A stretch of 32,000 nt of DNA. Origin: Longivirga aurantiaca (GTDB taxonomy: Bacteria > Actinomycetota > Actinomycetes > S36-B12 > CAIYMF01). The stretch is from positions 510,001-542,000 of the forward strand of contig NZ_JBHSTI010000008.1 of the NCBI RefSeq assembly GCF_042660085.1. The letters are read 5' to 3'. Positions 8,758 through 16,338 of this stretch are shown in pieces. Numbering within the stretch: the stretch's first letter is position 1; each line of letters starts with the position of its first letter. Position numbers and translations under genes: made by a program. Under the pieces are notes generated by a model, which worked only from the letters and a program-made list of their open reading frames with translations, was not told the DNA's origin and did not search any database.

Positions 8758-9291
8758 ATGAGAGGCGCCGACGAGTCGTGGGGGTCCGCCGACCTCCCGC
8801 GTTCGCCGCGCGCGGCGGTCGCTGCGCTGTTCCACGTGCACTACCGACGACTCGTCGGGCTCGCCGGCCTCATGGTCGACGACCGGGAGACGGCGGAGGA
8901 GGTCGTCCAGGACGCCTTCGAGCAGCTCTACCGACGGTGGGGGACCCTGCGGGACCCGCAGGCCGCCGTCGCCTATCTCAACAGGAGCGTCGTGAACGGT
9001 GCCCGCTCGCGGGTCCGTCGGCGGTTCACCGAACGCTCCTTCACCCTGCCCGACGCGGGCACCGTCGACTCCGCCGAGAGCGCCGGAGTCGACAACCGCA
9101 GGCGCGACGACCTGATGGAGGCGGTGCGGGACCTCCCGCAGCGCCAGCGCGAGGTCATCGTCCTGCGCTACTACCTCGACCTCTCCGAGGAGCAGATCGC
9201 TGTGTGGCTCGGCGTCTCGACCGGCTCGGTGAAGAAGCACGCCCACCGGGCAACCGCCGCCCTGCAGAAGCGGATGGAGGCATGGGCATGA
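8758..9291 (+). CDS. SigE-family ECF RNA polymerase sigma factor, 177 aa
   Basis: Region 2-like ALFHVHYRRLVGLAGLMVDDRETAEEVVQDAFEQLYRRW and region 4-like LPQRQREVIVLRYYLDLSEEQIAVWLGVSTGSVKKHAHRA. Confidence 0.93.
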   Translation: MRGADESWGSADLPRSPRAAVAALFHVHYRRLVGLAGLMVDDRETAEEVVQDAFEQLYRRWGTLRDPQAAVAYLNRSVVNGARSRVRRRFTERSFTLPDAGTVDSAESAGVDNRRRDDLMEAVRDLPQRQREVIVLRYYLDLSEEQIAVWLGVSTGSVKKHAHRATAALQKRMEAWA

Positions 9292-10529
9292 ACCTGTTCG
9301 AGTCCACGCTCGTCACCGCGCTGCGCGATGAAGCCCGGGAGACTGCGATGAACACAGACCTCAACGAAGGACGCGACATCCTCGAGAGCCGCCTCGACGA
9401 CGTCGACCGCGGCCGGCGTCGGTGGATGGTGGCGGGCGGCGCCCTCGCCGCCACGGCCGCCGTCGCCGCGATCGCCTACCTCGCCGTCGGCCGCCCCGTC
9501 GCCGCCCCGGAGCCCGCCGATCCGACGCCGATCCCCTCGCCGACGGCGTCGGAGACGTTCCGCAGCAGCGAGTTCGCCTTCCCGTTCACCGCTCGACCGC
9601 CCCTGTGGGTCGCCGAGGCTCTGGACGAACCGACGTCGGAGAACCTGCGCCACGTGACGTGGAACCGGTGCGAGGGCGACGTCTGCATCGGGCTGACGTT
9701 CCTGTCGCTGTCGGTCCTGGATCCCTTCGGCCTGGAGGAGCGGACCGACACCGCGATGCCGGGCTACGACGCATACCTCGACTATCTCGACTCCCTGGTC
9801 GCGAGCAGCAAGGCCACGATCTCCGATCGCATCGATCGGACCATCGACGGCCGGCCCGCGACCGTCATGACCGTCATGCCGCTGTCCGACGTGCCCGACG
9901 GCGTCGGCTGCGAGGCGGGCGACGGCACCACAGACGACTGCTGGGACTTCCTCGAAGGGGTCGCCACTCGGATGGCCGTCGTCGACGTCGGCTCCTCGAA
10001 CCCGCTGGTGATCCTCACGCGCACTCCGCCGTCGAACTCCGATGCTGCGGCGTGGATCGCGCAGTTCGACCCGATGCTCGACTCCGTGACCCTCGACTTC
10101 GCGACGGTCAACCCGATGGTCGGCGTATGGACGACCTCGTTCTCGGGTGAGGACGTGACGCAGGTGCTCGCTGCCGCCGGGTTGGAGGCATCGACGGAGC
10201 AGGTGCTGCAGGAGATCGGGGACTCCGGCCAGCCGCTCACCTGGGAGCTGTGGATCGACCCGACGTGGTACCGCCTCTACTCCGTGGCCTCCGACGGCAC
10301 CCGCGCGCTGGTGGACGTGCACACCTACGTCCGCGACGGCGGACGCGTGACCGGTACCACCACCGGCTCGCCGCCGCTGGTCACCCTGAGCACGGTCTCG
10401 GTGCAGGGCGATGAGCTGACCTGGGCGACCGTCTCGAGCACGGAGAACAGCGACCGTGCGGCGCCTCCGGAGGAAGCCATGCACCTCGCCCTCTACTCGA
10501 CCTCGACGTGGGTGCGATCGTCGACCTGA
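9288..10529 (+). CDS. Membrane-anchored extracytoplasmic protein, putative sigma-factor partner, 413 aa
   Basis: 4-nt overlap (ATGA) with the sigma gene; short cytoplasmic N-terminus, one TM (WMVAGGALAATAAVAAIAYLAVG), then a large exported domain. Confidence 0.75.
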   Translation: MNLFESTLVTALRDEARETAMNTDLNEGRDILESRLDDVDRGRRRWMVAGGALAATAAVAAIAYLAVGRPVAAPEPADPTPIPSPTASETFRSSEFAFPFTARPPLWVAEALDEPTSENLRHVTWNRCEGDVCIGLTFLSLSVLDPFGLEERTDTAMPGYDAYLDYLDSLVASSKATISDRIDRTIDGRPATVMTVMPLSDVPDGVGCEAGDGTTDDCWDFLEGVATRMAVVDVGSSNPLVILTRTPPSNSDAAAWIAQFDPMLDSVTLDFATVNPMVGVWTTSFSGEDVTQVLAAAGLEASTEQVLQEIGDSGQPLTWELWIDPTWYRLYSVASDGTRALVDVHTYVRDGGRVTGTTTGSPPLVTLSTVSVQGDELTWATVSSTENSDRAAPPEEAMHLALYSTSTWVRSST

Positions 10530-10537
10530 CCACCTCG

Positions 10538-10586
10538 AGGACGACCGGGGCCTGCTGCGACGTCGCAGCGGGCCCGTGGTCGTCCT
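10538..10586. terminator. Bidirectional terminator candidate between convergent genes
   Basis: AGGACGACC...GGTCGTCCT outer arms with a nested perfect palindrome GCTGCGACGTCGCAGC. Confidence 0.6.
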
Positions 10587-10641
10587 GCCCGGGTCCGCCC
10601 GCGGTAGCAGGGCGCCGCGACCCGGGTGCCGGCCGGTCGGG

Positions 10642-11193
10642 TCAGCTGCTGACGAGGGGGTCGGCGTCGAGGGTGGCCGCGACCGCGGCGACGACGGCGG
10701 CGATGCGCAGCGCGTCGTTCACGGCCTCGCGGGTGACGCCGGCGCTGCGCGCCCCGGCTTCGTGCTCACCGATGCACGCCTCGCAGCCGTGGATCGCCGC
10801 CACCACCACGGAGCAGAGCTCGACGTCGGCCCTCGGCGTGGTCGGCGCGATCGTGGCGGACGACCGCAGGCCCGCCCGCAGGTCGTCGTACGCGCCGTGC
10901 AGGAAGTGGCGGGCGCGGAAGTAGACGGCGTGCCCGGCCATCACCGAGGCGACGGCGAGGGCGGAGTCGGCCAGCTCGCGGGGCAGCCGGGCGCGGGCCT
11001 CGCCGGCGAGCGCCGGGCTGGCGCTGGGGGAGCGCACCGCGGCCGCGGCCGCGAGGACGCAGCCCCAGTGCTGCTGCGGGGTCAGGTGCGCGCCGGGCGC
11101 CACCACGACGGCGGCGAGGTTGCGGGACGTGTCGGCTGCGTACGCCGGCAGCCACGTGGCGAGCTCGGCGAGGCTTCGGGGCGCGTCGTCCAC
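10642..11193 (-). CDS. Carboxymuconolactone decarboxylase / AhpD-like alkylhydroperoxidase, 183 aa
   Basis: VDDAPRSLAELATWLPAYAADTSRNLAAVV...FRARHFLHGAYDDLRAGLRS...ELCSVVVAAIHGCEACIGEHEAGARSAGV; CEAC-x3-HE redox motif. GTG start assigned at 11193. Confidence 0.82.
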   Translation of the reverse strand: MDDAPRSLAELATWLPAYAADTSRNLAAVVVAPGAHLTPQQHWGCVLAAAAAVRSPSASPALAGEARARLPRELADSALAVASVMAGHAVYFRARHFLHGAYDDLRAGLRSSATIAPTTPRADVELCSVVVAAIHGCEACIGEHEAGARSAGVTREAVNDALRIAAVVAAVAATLDADPLVSS

Positions 11194-11377
11194 AGGACCA
11201 CTGTGGCCCTCCGGGCGCCGTCCCACCAGCACCGACGTCGCCCTGGTGGCCCTGTCCAGCAGCTGGACGCCCGTCCCGAGTGCTGGACCCCGATGACGGG
11301 AACAGATCGCCCCGTGGCACCGTTGACGTGCGCAGACACCGGGGAGCCGGTGTGCCCGAGCTCTGAGGAGAACGTCC

Positions 11378-12550
11378 GTGTCCCTGCCGCCGCTGGTCGA
11401 GCCTGCCGACGCACTCACCGTCGACGAGGTCCGCCGCTACAGCCGCCACATCATCATCCCCGACGTCGGGATGGCGGGTCAGAAGCGTCTGAAGAACGCC
11501 AAGGTCCTGTGCGTCGGTGCGGGCGGCCTCGGCAGCCCCGCGCTGCTGTACCTGGCCGCAGCCGGCGTCGGCACGCTCGGCATCGTGGAGTTCGACACCG
11601 TCGACGAGTCGAACCTGCAGCGCCAGATCATCCACGGCCAGAGCGACATCGGTCGATCCAAGGCGGAGTCGGCGCGCGACTCGGTGCTCGAGGTCAACCC
11701 CTACGTGAACGTGATCCTCCACGACACGCGCCTCGACAACGACAACGTGCTCGACATCTTCAGCGGCTACGACCTCATCGTCGACGGCACCGACAACTTC
11801 GCGACGCGCTACATGGTCAACGACGCAGCGGTGCTGCTCGGGAAGCCCTACGTCTGGGGCTCGATCTACCGCTTCGAGGGCCAGGTCTCGGTCTTCTGGG
11901 ACGAGTACGGCCCGAACTACCGCGACCTCTACCCCGAGCCCCCGCCGCCCGGCATGGTGCCGTCGTGCGCCGAGGGCGGCGTGCTCGGCGTCCTCTGCGC
12001 GTCGATCGGCTCCGTCATGGTCACCGAGGCGATCAAGCTGATCACCGGCATCGGCGACACCCTGCTGGGCCGCCTGATGATCTACGACGCCCTCGAGATG
12101 TCGTACCGCACGGTGAAGATCCGCAAGGACCCGAACGCCACCCCGATCACGGGTCTCATCGACTACGACGCGTTCTGCGGCACGATCTCCGAGGCCGCGG
12201 CCGATGCTGCGGTGGGCTCGACGATCTCGGTCAAGCAGCTCGACGAGATGCTCGCCGAGCGTGAGCGCGGCGAACGCGACTTCGTGCTGATCGACGTCCG
12301 CGAGCAGAACGAGTGGGAGATCGTGAGCATCCCGGGCGCGGTGCTCATCCCCAAGGGCGATTTCCTGAACGGCAAGGCCCTGGAGCAGCTGCCCAGCGAC
12401 AAGCAGATCGTGCTGCACTGCAAGGTGGGCGGCCGTTCGGCGGAAGCCCTCGCGGTCGTGAAGGGCGCGGGCTTCTCCGACGCCATCCACGTCGGCGGCG
12501 GCATCGTCGCGTGGGTCAACCAGCTCCACCCCGAGCTGCCCGTCTACTGA
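11378..12550 (+). CDS. moeZ: Adenylyltransferase/sulfurtransferase MoeZ (ThiF domain + rhodanese domain), 390 aa
   Basis: RYSRHIIIPDVGMAGQKRLKNAKVLCVGAGGLGSPALLYLAAAGVGTLGIVEFDTVDESNLQRQIIH... plus C-terminal rhodanese DVREQNEWEIVSIPGA...VLHCKVGGRSAEAL. Confidence 0.95.
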   Translation: MSLPPLVEPADALTVDEVRRYSRHIIIPDVGMAGQKRLKNAKVLCVGAGGLGSPALLYLAAAGVGTLGIVEFDTVDESNLQRQIIHGQSDIGRSKAESARDSVLEVNPYVNVILHDTRLDNDNVLDIFSGYDLIVDGTDNFATRYMVNDAAVLLGKPYVWGSIYRFEGQVSVFWDEYGPNYRDLYPEPPPPGMVPSCAEGGVLGVLCASIGSVMVTEAIKLITGIGDTLLGRLMIYDALEMSYRTVKIRKDPNATPITGLIDYDAFCGTISEAAADAAVGSTISVKQLDEMLAERERGERDFVLIDVREQNEWEIVSIPGAVLIPKGDFLNGKALEQLPSDKQIVLHCKVGGRSAEALAVVKGAGFSDAIHVGGGIVAWVNQLHPELPVY

Positions 12551-12577
12551 CGCCCGCCCACCCGCTGTACGCACGAC

Positions 12578-12608
12578 GAGGCCCCGACCGGATCCCGGTC
12601 GGGGCCTC
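12578..12608 (+). terminator. Strong stem-loop terminator downstream of moeZ
   Basis: Perfect 14-bp arms GAGGCCCCGACCGG (12578-12591) / CCGGTCGGGGCCTC (12595-12608), 3-nt loop. Confidence 0.85.
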
Positions 12609-12615
12609 GTCGTTC

Positions 12616-12712
12616 GCGATGAAGGCTGGTCCCCCGCAGGGTGAGAATGGCCGAAGGCCTCACCCGGTAGGGGACTTCATCCGGTAGAGCCGAGCAGTTC
12701 CGGCCTTCATGA
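12616..12712 (+). repeat. 97-bp inverted repeat, copy A
   Basis: GCGATGAAGGCTGGTCCCCCGCAGGGTGAGAATGGCCGAAGGCCTCACCCGGTAGGGGACTTCATCCGGTAGAGCCGAGCAGTTCCGGCCTTCATGA; about 91% identical by eye, without gaps, to the reverse complement of 13297-13393. Confidence 0.9.
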
Positions 12713-12726
12713 AGTTGGGGACTGGG

Positions 12727-13218
12727 TCAGCTCGCCGGTGCCGGGGCGTCCGAGAAGCCGACGCGGTTGTGCGTGCCGTCGCAGAACGGCTTGGTGGCCG
12801 AGTGCCCGCAGCGGCAGAGGTACGCCACCCGGCCCACCTCGCGCAGCACCGTGCCGTCGGCCGCGCACACGCTGACCGCTCCGCGGATCTCGTACGGGCC
12901 GTTCTCCGTCGCCGTGACGACGACGGCCGCCGCCGGCTCAGCGGGGGCCGTCGGCACCTCGGGTGCCGGCGACGGCAGGAGCAGCTCGCCCTTCGGCGCG
13001 GGCTCGACGTCGGTCCGCGTGTAGCGCAGCGCGCCGCTCGGGCATGTGTCGATCGCGGCGGCGAGCGCAGCGGCATCGGCGGCATCGGCGTCGATCCACG
13101 GCTTCTCCCGCGGCCGGAAGACCTGCGGGAGGGTGCGCGCGCACACGCCGGAATGGATGCAGATGTCGCTGTCCCAGTGGATCGTGAGGCCTGCGGTCGG
13201 GTAGTCGCGTCTGGTCAC
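12727..13218 (-). CDS. Iron-sulfur protein: Fer4_19 (DUF1271-like) domain fused to CDGSH iron-sulfur domain, 163 aa
   Basis: RRDYPTAGLTIHWDSDICIHSGVCARTLPQVFRPREKPWIDAD...AIDTCPSGAL and C-terminal NGPYEIRGAVSV...YLCRCGHSATKPFCDGTHNRVGF. GTG at 13218 fits the domain boundary; the tracked start is 13263. Confidence 0.88.
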   Translation of the reverse strand: MTRRDYPTAGLTIHWDSDICIHSGVCARTLPQVFRPREKPWIDADAADAAALAAAIDTCPSGALRYTRTDVEPAPKGELLLPSPAPEVPTAPAEPAAAVVVTATENGPYEIRGAVSVCAADGTVLREVGRVAYLCRCGHSATKPFCDGTHNRVGFSDAPAPAS

Positions 13219-13247
13219 GAGCCGATGGTCCACCCACCGGGTCCCGA

Positions 13248-13273
13248 GCGCGCGTCGGGGCACCGACGCGCGC
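13248..13273. promoter_or_regulatory. Perfect 11-bp-arm hairpin/palindrome upstream of the Fer4_19-CDGSH gene
   Basis: GCGCGCGTCGG-GGCA-CCGACGCGCGC. Confidence 0.6.
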
Positions 13274-13296
13274 CTTTCCGGCGCAGTGCACGCTGC

Positions 13297-13393
13297 TCAT
13301 GAATGCCGGAGTTGTTCGGCTCTATGGGATGAAGTCCCCTACCGGGTGAGGCCTTCGGCCCTTCTCACCCGGCGGGGGCCCAGCCTTCATCGC
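13297..13393 (-). repeat. 97-bp inverted repeat, copy B
   Basis: Reverse complement reads GCGATGAAGGCTGGGCCCCCGCCGGGTGAGAAGGGCCGAAGGCCTCACCCGGTAGGGGACTTCATCCCATAGAGCCGAACAACTCCGGCATTCATGA. Confidence 0.9.
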
Positions 13394-13406
13394 AGACCCG
13401 GGGGGG

Positions 13407-15845
13407 CTAGAGGGAGCCGACGCGCTGGAGCCAGTTGAAGGACCAGTAGCCGGGGAGGGTCGGCAGCCAGAAGGTGAGCAGCCGGAACAGCAGCGTGGCC
13501 GACACCGCGACGCCGGAGTCGACGCCGGCGGCGGTGAGGCCGAAGACGTACGCCGCCTCCACGGCACCGAGGCCGCCCGGCGTCGGAGCCGCCTGGCCGA
13601 GGGTCGACCCCGCGAGGTAAACCAGCGCGATCGCCGCGTAGTTCATGGGGCCGGAGTCGAACGCCTCGACGCAGGCGATCATGCAGAGGGCGAACGCCGC
13701 GTTGAGCAGCAGGATGCCGCCCATGCCCTCGACGATCTTCCACGGCTGCTGGGTCAGCGTGACCAGGCGGGGACCGACCTCGTTGAAGATCGGCCGCACG
13801 CGGTCGACGAGGATCTTGCGCACCGGCCCGAACATCAGCAGCAGCGCCAGGATCAGAACGACGCCGACGACTGCCCAGATCGCCCAGGCGGGCGGCTGCA
13901 GCTCGATCGAGCTGTTGGTGCCCGCCAGGATTCCGACGATGAACAGCATCGCGATGTGCAGGACGAAGGCGAACACCTGGGATACGCCGACGCTCGCCGC
14001 TGCGAGCGCGGGGTGCAGCCCTGACCGCTGCAGGTAGCGCACGTTCACCGCGACCGCGCCGACCGTGGGCGGCGAGACGAGCGTGGCGAACGCCGCCGCG
14101 AGCTGGGCGGCGAACGTCCGCACGTGCGAGAGCTGCTCGGGCACGAAGCCCGACAGGGACAGGGACGCACCGACGAAGGTCAGGAACGACAGGACGAGCG
14201 CGACGAGCGCCCACCGGAGGTCGGCCTGGCGCACGAGCCCGACGAGGTCGACCTGGGCCAGCTGGCTCAGCAGGACGTAGCCGGCGATGGTGCCCGCCAC
14301 GATCGTGAGCAGCGTGCGCGGCGTGATGCGGCGCAGCTCGATGGGCGGAGTCTCCGCCGCGGACGGCCTCAGCGCCACGAGCTCCTCGCGCACCAGGCCG
14401 AGCAGCTTCTTGTTCTTGCGCACGCGGCGTCGGGTGTCGCTGGAGAGCGCCACGATCTGCAGTGCCGGGAGCGCCCGCAGGATCTTCTCCTCGCCGAACA
14501 CCCGCGCCCCTGCCGCCACGGCCCGGGCCGGGTCGGTCATGAGCGCCGCGGTCGCGAGGATCTCGGCGAGGTCGATGCGCTCGGCGAGGTCGCCGGCCGC
14601 GATCGTGCCGTGCTGCAGGCCCGCGAGCCACACCTGGCCCTCGCGCGGCCGGATGATCTGCTCGGCGGAGAGCGCCCGATGCGCGATGCGGTCGCGGTGC
14701 AGCCGCTGCACCGCCGTGAACGCGGCGTCGAGGTCAGCGTCGGTCAGCACGCCGGGGCCGATCTCGGCCCACGTCGTGCCCGGGATCTGGTCGTACGCGA
14801 GCAGGGTGGAGTCGGGCCCGACCTCGCTCGCGAGGCGCAGCGCGGGCACCGGTGCCCCGGCCGCCGTGCCGGCGTAGGTCATGAGGGCCGCGTGCTCGAG
14901 CTGGGCGCGCATCGAGAAGCCGCCGGGCGAGCCGGGGTCGGTGCGCAGCCTGAGGTTGCGCCAGGCCGCGGCGCCGACGCCCGCGCCCTCGAGGTCGCGG
15001 TCGAAGACGACGACGCGCAGGGGGCTGCCGCTGCGCGTGTACGCCGAGTACTGGCGACCGCGCGCGGTGTGGCGGTCGGCCCGCAGGAGGGTGAGGGGCA
15101 GGCCGGCCCGGTCGAGGACGTCGGCCACCTGGATCCCGCTCGGGCGGGTGGTGGGCGTGCCCAGCGCGTAGCGGGCACCGAGCCCCACGGCCCAGCCGAG
15201 CAGCAGCGACAGCCCGATCACCACGACGGTGGACGATCCGTTCGTGATCGGGCCGACGGACACCGCGACCACCGTGATGACGGCGAACACGCCCCAGCGA
15301 CCGCGGCCGAGCAGGCGCGCCACGGTGATGAACGCGACGAGCCCGACGATGAGCGGGTTGAGCACGAACACCCGCGAGGGCTCGTCCGTGCCGGTGAGCG
15401 CCAGGAGCAGCTTGCTCGAGCCCCACAGCGCGACCAGGGCGGCGATGAGCACGGCGAGGGCGGTGGCCACCACCATCGCGCCGATCGCCTCGACCAGCTG
15501 GCGGCCGCGCTTGCGGACGAGCAGGTCGATGGCGGCGGCGATCGGGAGGCCGAGCAGGCCCAGCGCGCCGATGACGTTGAGCGCGAGCAGCAGGAACGAC
15601 GGCAGCCGCCCGCTCACCTGCGTGACGTCCTCCTCGATGCCCGTGCTGGTGGCGCTGAGGAAGTAGGCCACGGCCACGAGCACGGCCATGCCGAGGATCG
15701 CGAGGCTGAGACGGATCACGTCGGCCGGGCGGCGGACGCGCCGTGGGATCACGCCGTCCTCGATCACGAGGGTGCCGTGGCTGTCGTCGTCGAAGGTCCG
15801 CTCGAGCGGGTAGTCCGGCAGCGACTGGTCCCGGGACGTGGTCAC
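13407..15845 (-). CDS. Pseudokinase-like/APH-like domain fused to LPG-synthase-TM (flippase-like) membrane domain, 812 aa
   Basis: GTG start (V/M)TTSRDQSLPDYPLERTF...; N-terminal TM helices, degenerate kinase-like block (LHRDRIAHRALSAEQIIRPREGQVWLAGLQHGTI), C-terminal ...SLSGFVPEQLSHVRTFAAQLAAAFATLVSPPTVGAVAVNVRYLQRSG...PTPGGLGAVEAAYVFGL. The tracked 2078-aa ORF runs upstream antisense to another gene. Confidence 0.85.
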   Translation of the reverse strand: MTTSRDQSLPDYPLERTFDDDSHGTLVIEDGVIPRRVRRPADVIRLSLAILGMAVLVAVAYFLSATSTGIEEDVTQVSGRLPSFLLLALNVIGALGLLGLPIAAAIDLLVRKRGRQLVEAIGAMVVATALAVLIAALVALWGSSKLLLALTGTDEPSRVFVLNPLIVGLVAFITVARLLGRGRWGVFAVITVVAVSVGPITNGSSTVVVIGLSLLLGWAVGLGARYALGTPTTRPSGIQVADVLDRAGLPLTLLRADRHTARGRQYSAYTRSGSPLRVVVFDRDLEGAGVGAAAWRNLRLRTDPGSPGGFSMRAQLEHAALMTYAGTAAGAPVPALRLASEVGPDSTLLAYDQIPGTTWAEIGPGVLTDADLDAAFTAVQRLHRDRIAHRALSAEQIIRPREGQVWLAGLQHGTIAAGDLAERIDLAEILATAALMTDPARAVAAGARVFGEEKILRALPALQIVALSSDTRRRVRKNKKLLGLVREELVALRPSAAETPPIELRRITPRTLLTIVAGTIAGYVLLSQLAQVDLVGLVRQADLRWALVALVLSFLTFVGASLSLSGFVPEQLSHVRTFAAQLAAAFATLVSPPTVGAVAVNVRYLQRSGLHPALAAASVGVSQVFAFVLHIAMLFIVGILAGTNSSIELQPPAWAIWAVVGVVLILALLLMFGPVRKILVDRVRPIFNEVGPRLVTLTQQPWKIVEGMGGILLLNAAFALCMIACVEAFDSGPMNYAAIALVYLAGSTLGQAAPTPGGLGAVEAAYVFGLTAAGVDSGVAVSATLLFRLLTFWLPTLPGYWSFNWLQRVGSL

Positions 15846-15951
15846 GGGCGCCTCGGGACGGCCGTCGACGGGGTCGACGGACGGACGCGGCTCGACGGAC
15901 ACGCGACTGATCGTCGCATCCCCCGGAGGTCGAGGTGCACAGGCGGGCAGG

Positions 15952-16338
15952 ATGGCGGGCGTGACGTCGCCCGCTCGGACCCGCCCGCGCGCGGATCCCG
16001 ACACCGCGGCGGGCCTGCCCACGCCGTACGCCGAGGCCGTGCTCGACCTCGTCTCGCGCATCCCCCCGGGCCGGGTGATGGCGTACGGCGACGTCGCCGC
16101 GGCCCTGCAGCGCGGCGGCGGGCCCCGGCAGGTCGGCACGGTCATGGCCCGCTTCGGCTCGGGCGTGCCGTGGCACCGGGTCGTGCGCGCGGACGGCTCC
16201 CCGGCGGTCGGCCACGAGGCCGAGGCCCTGCGACGCCACCGGCGCGAGGGCACCCCGCTGCGGGGCACCCGCATCGACATGGCCCGGGCGCGCTGGGCGC
16301 CCGAGATGTCGCACCCGGGTGATGGGATCGGGGAGTGA
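15952..16338 (+). CDS. MGMT-family / alkyltransferase-like (ATL) DNA-binding protein, 128 aa
   Basis: TPYAEAVLDLVSRIPPGRVMAYGDVAAALQRGGGPRQVGTVMARFGSGVPWHRVVRADGSPA; no PCHR active-site Cys (PWHR instead), as in ATL proteins. Confidence 0.88.
   Translation: MAGVTSPARTRPRADPDTAAGLPTPYAEAVLDLVSRIPPGRVMAYGDVAAALQRGGGPRQVGTVMARFGSGVPWHRVVRADGSPAVGHEAEALRRHRREGTPLRGTRIDMARARWAPEMSHPGDGIGE

Noticed and set aside
9171-10484. 437-aa minus-strand ORF antisense to the sigma factor and its partner
   Set aside because: His/Arg/Gly-rich antisense frame; the plus strand has convincing proteins with overlapping start and stop.
10766-12574. 602-aa minus-strand and 602-aa plus-strand ORFs around moeZ
   Set aside because: The strongly recognisable MoeZ protein occupies the region; the alternative frames are compositionally unnatural.
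12616-13393. Annotating the repeat-bounded unit as an insertion sequence
   Set aside because: No transposase ORF and no clear target-site duplication; kept only as a hypothesis in the findings.
12313-13567. Matching peptide KAGPP(P/Q)GE(K/N)GRRPHPVGDFI in two ORF tails
   Set aside because: This reflects the 97-bp DNA inverted repeat being read in frame, not a shared protein domain.
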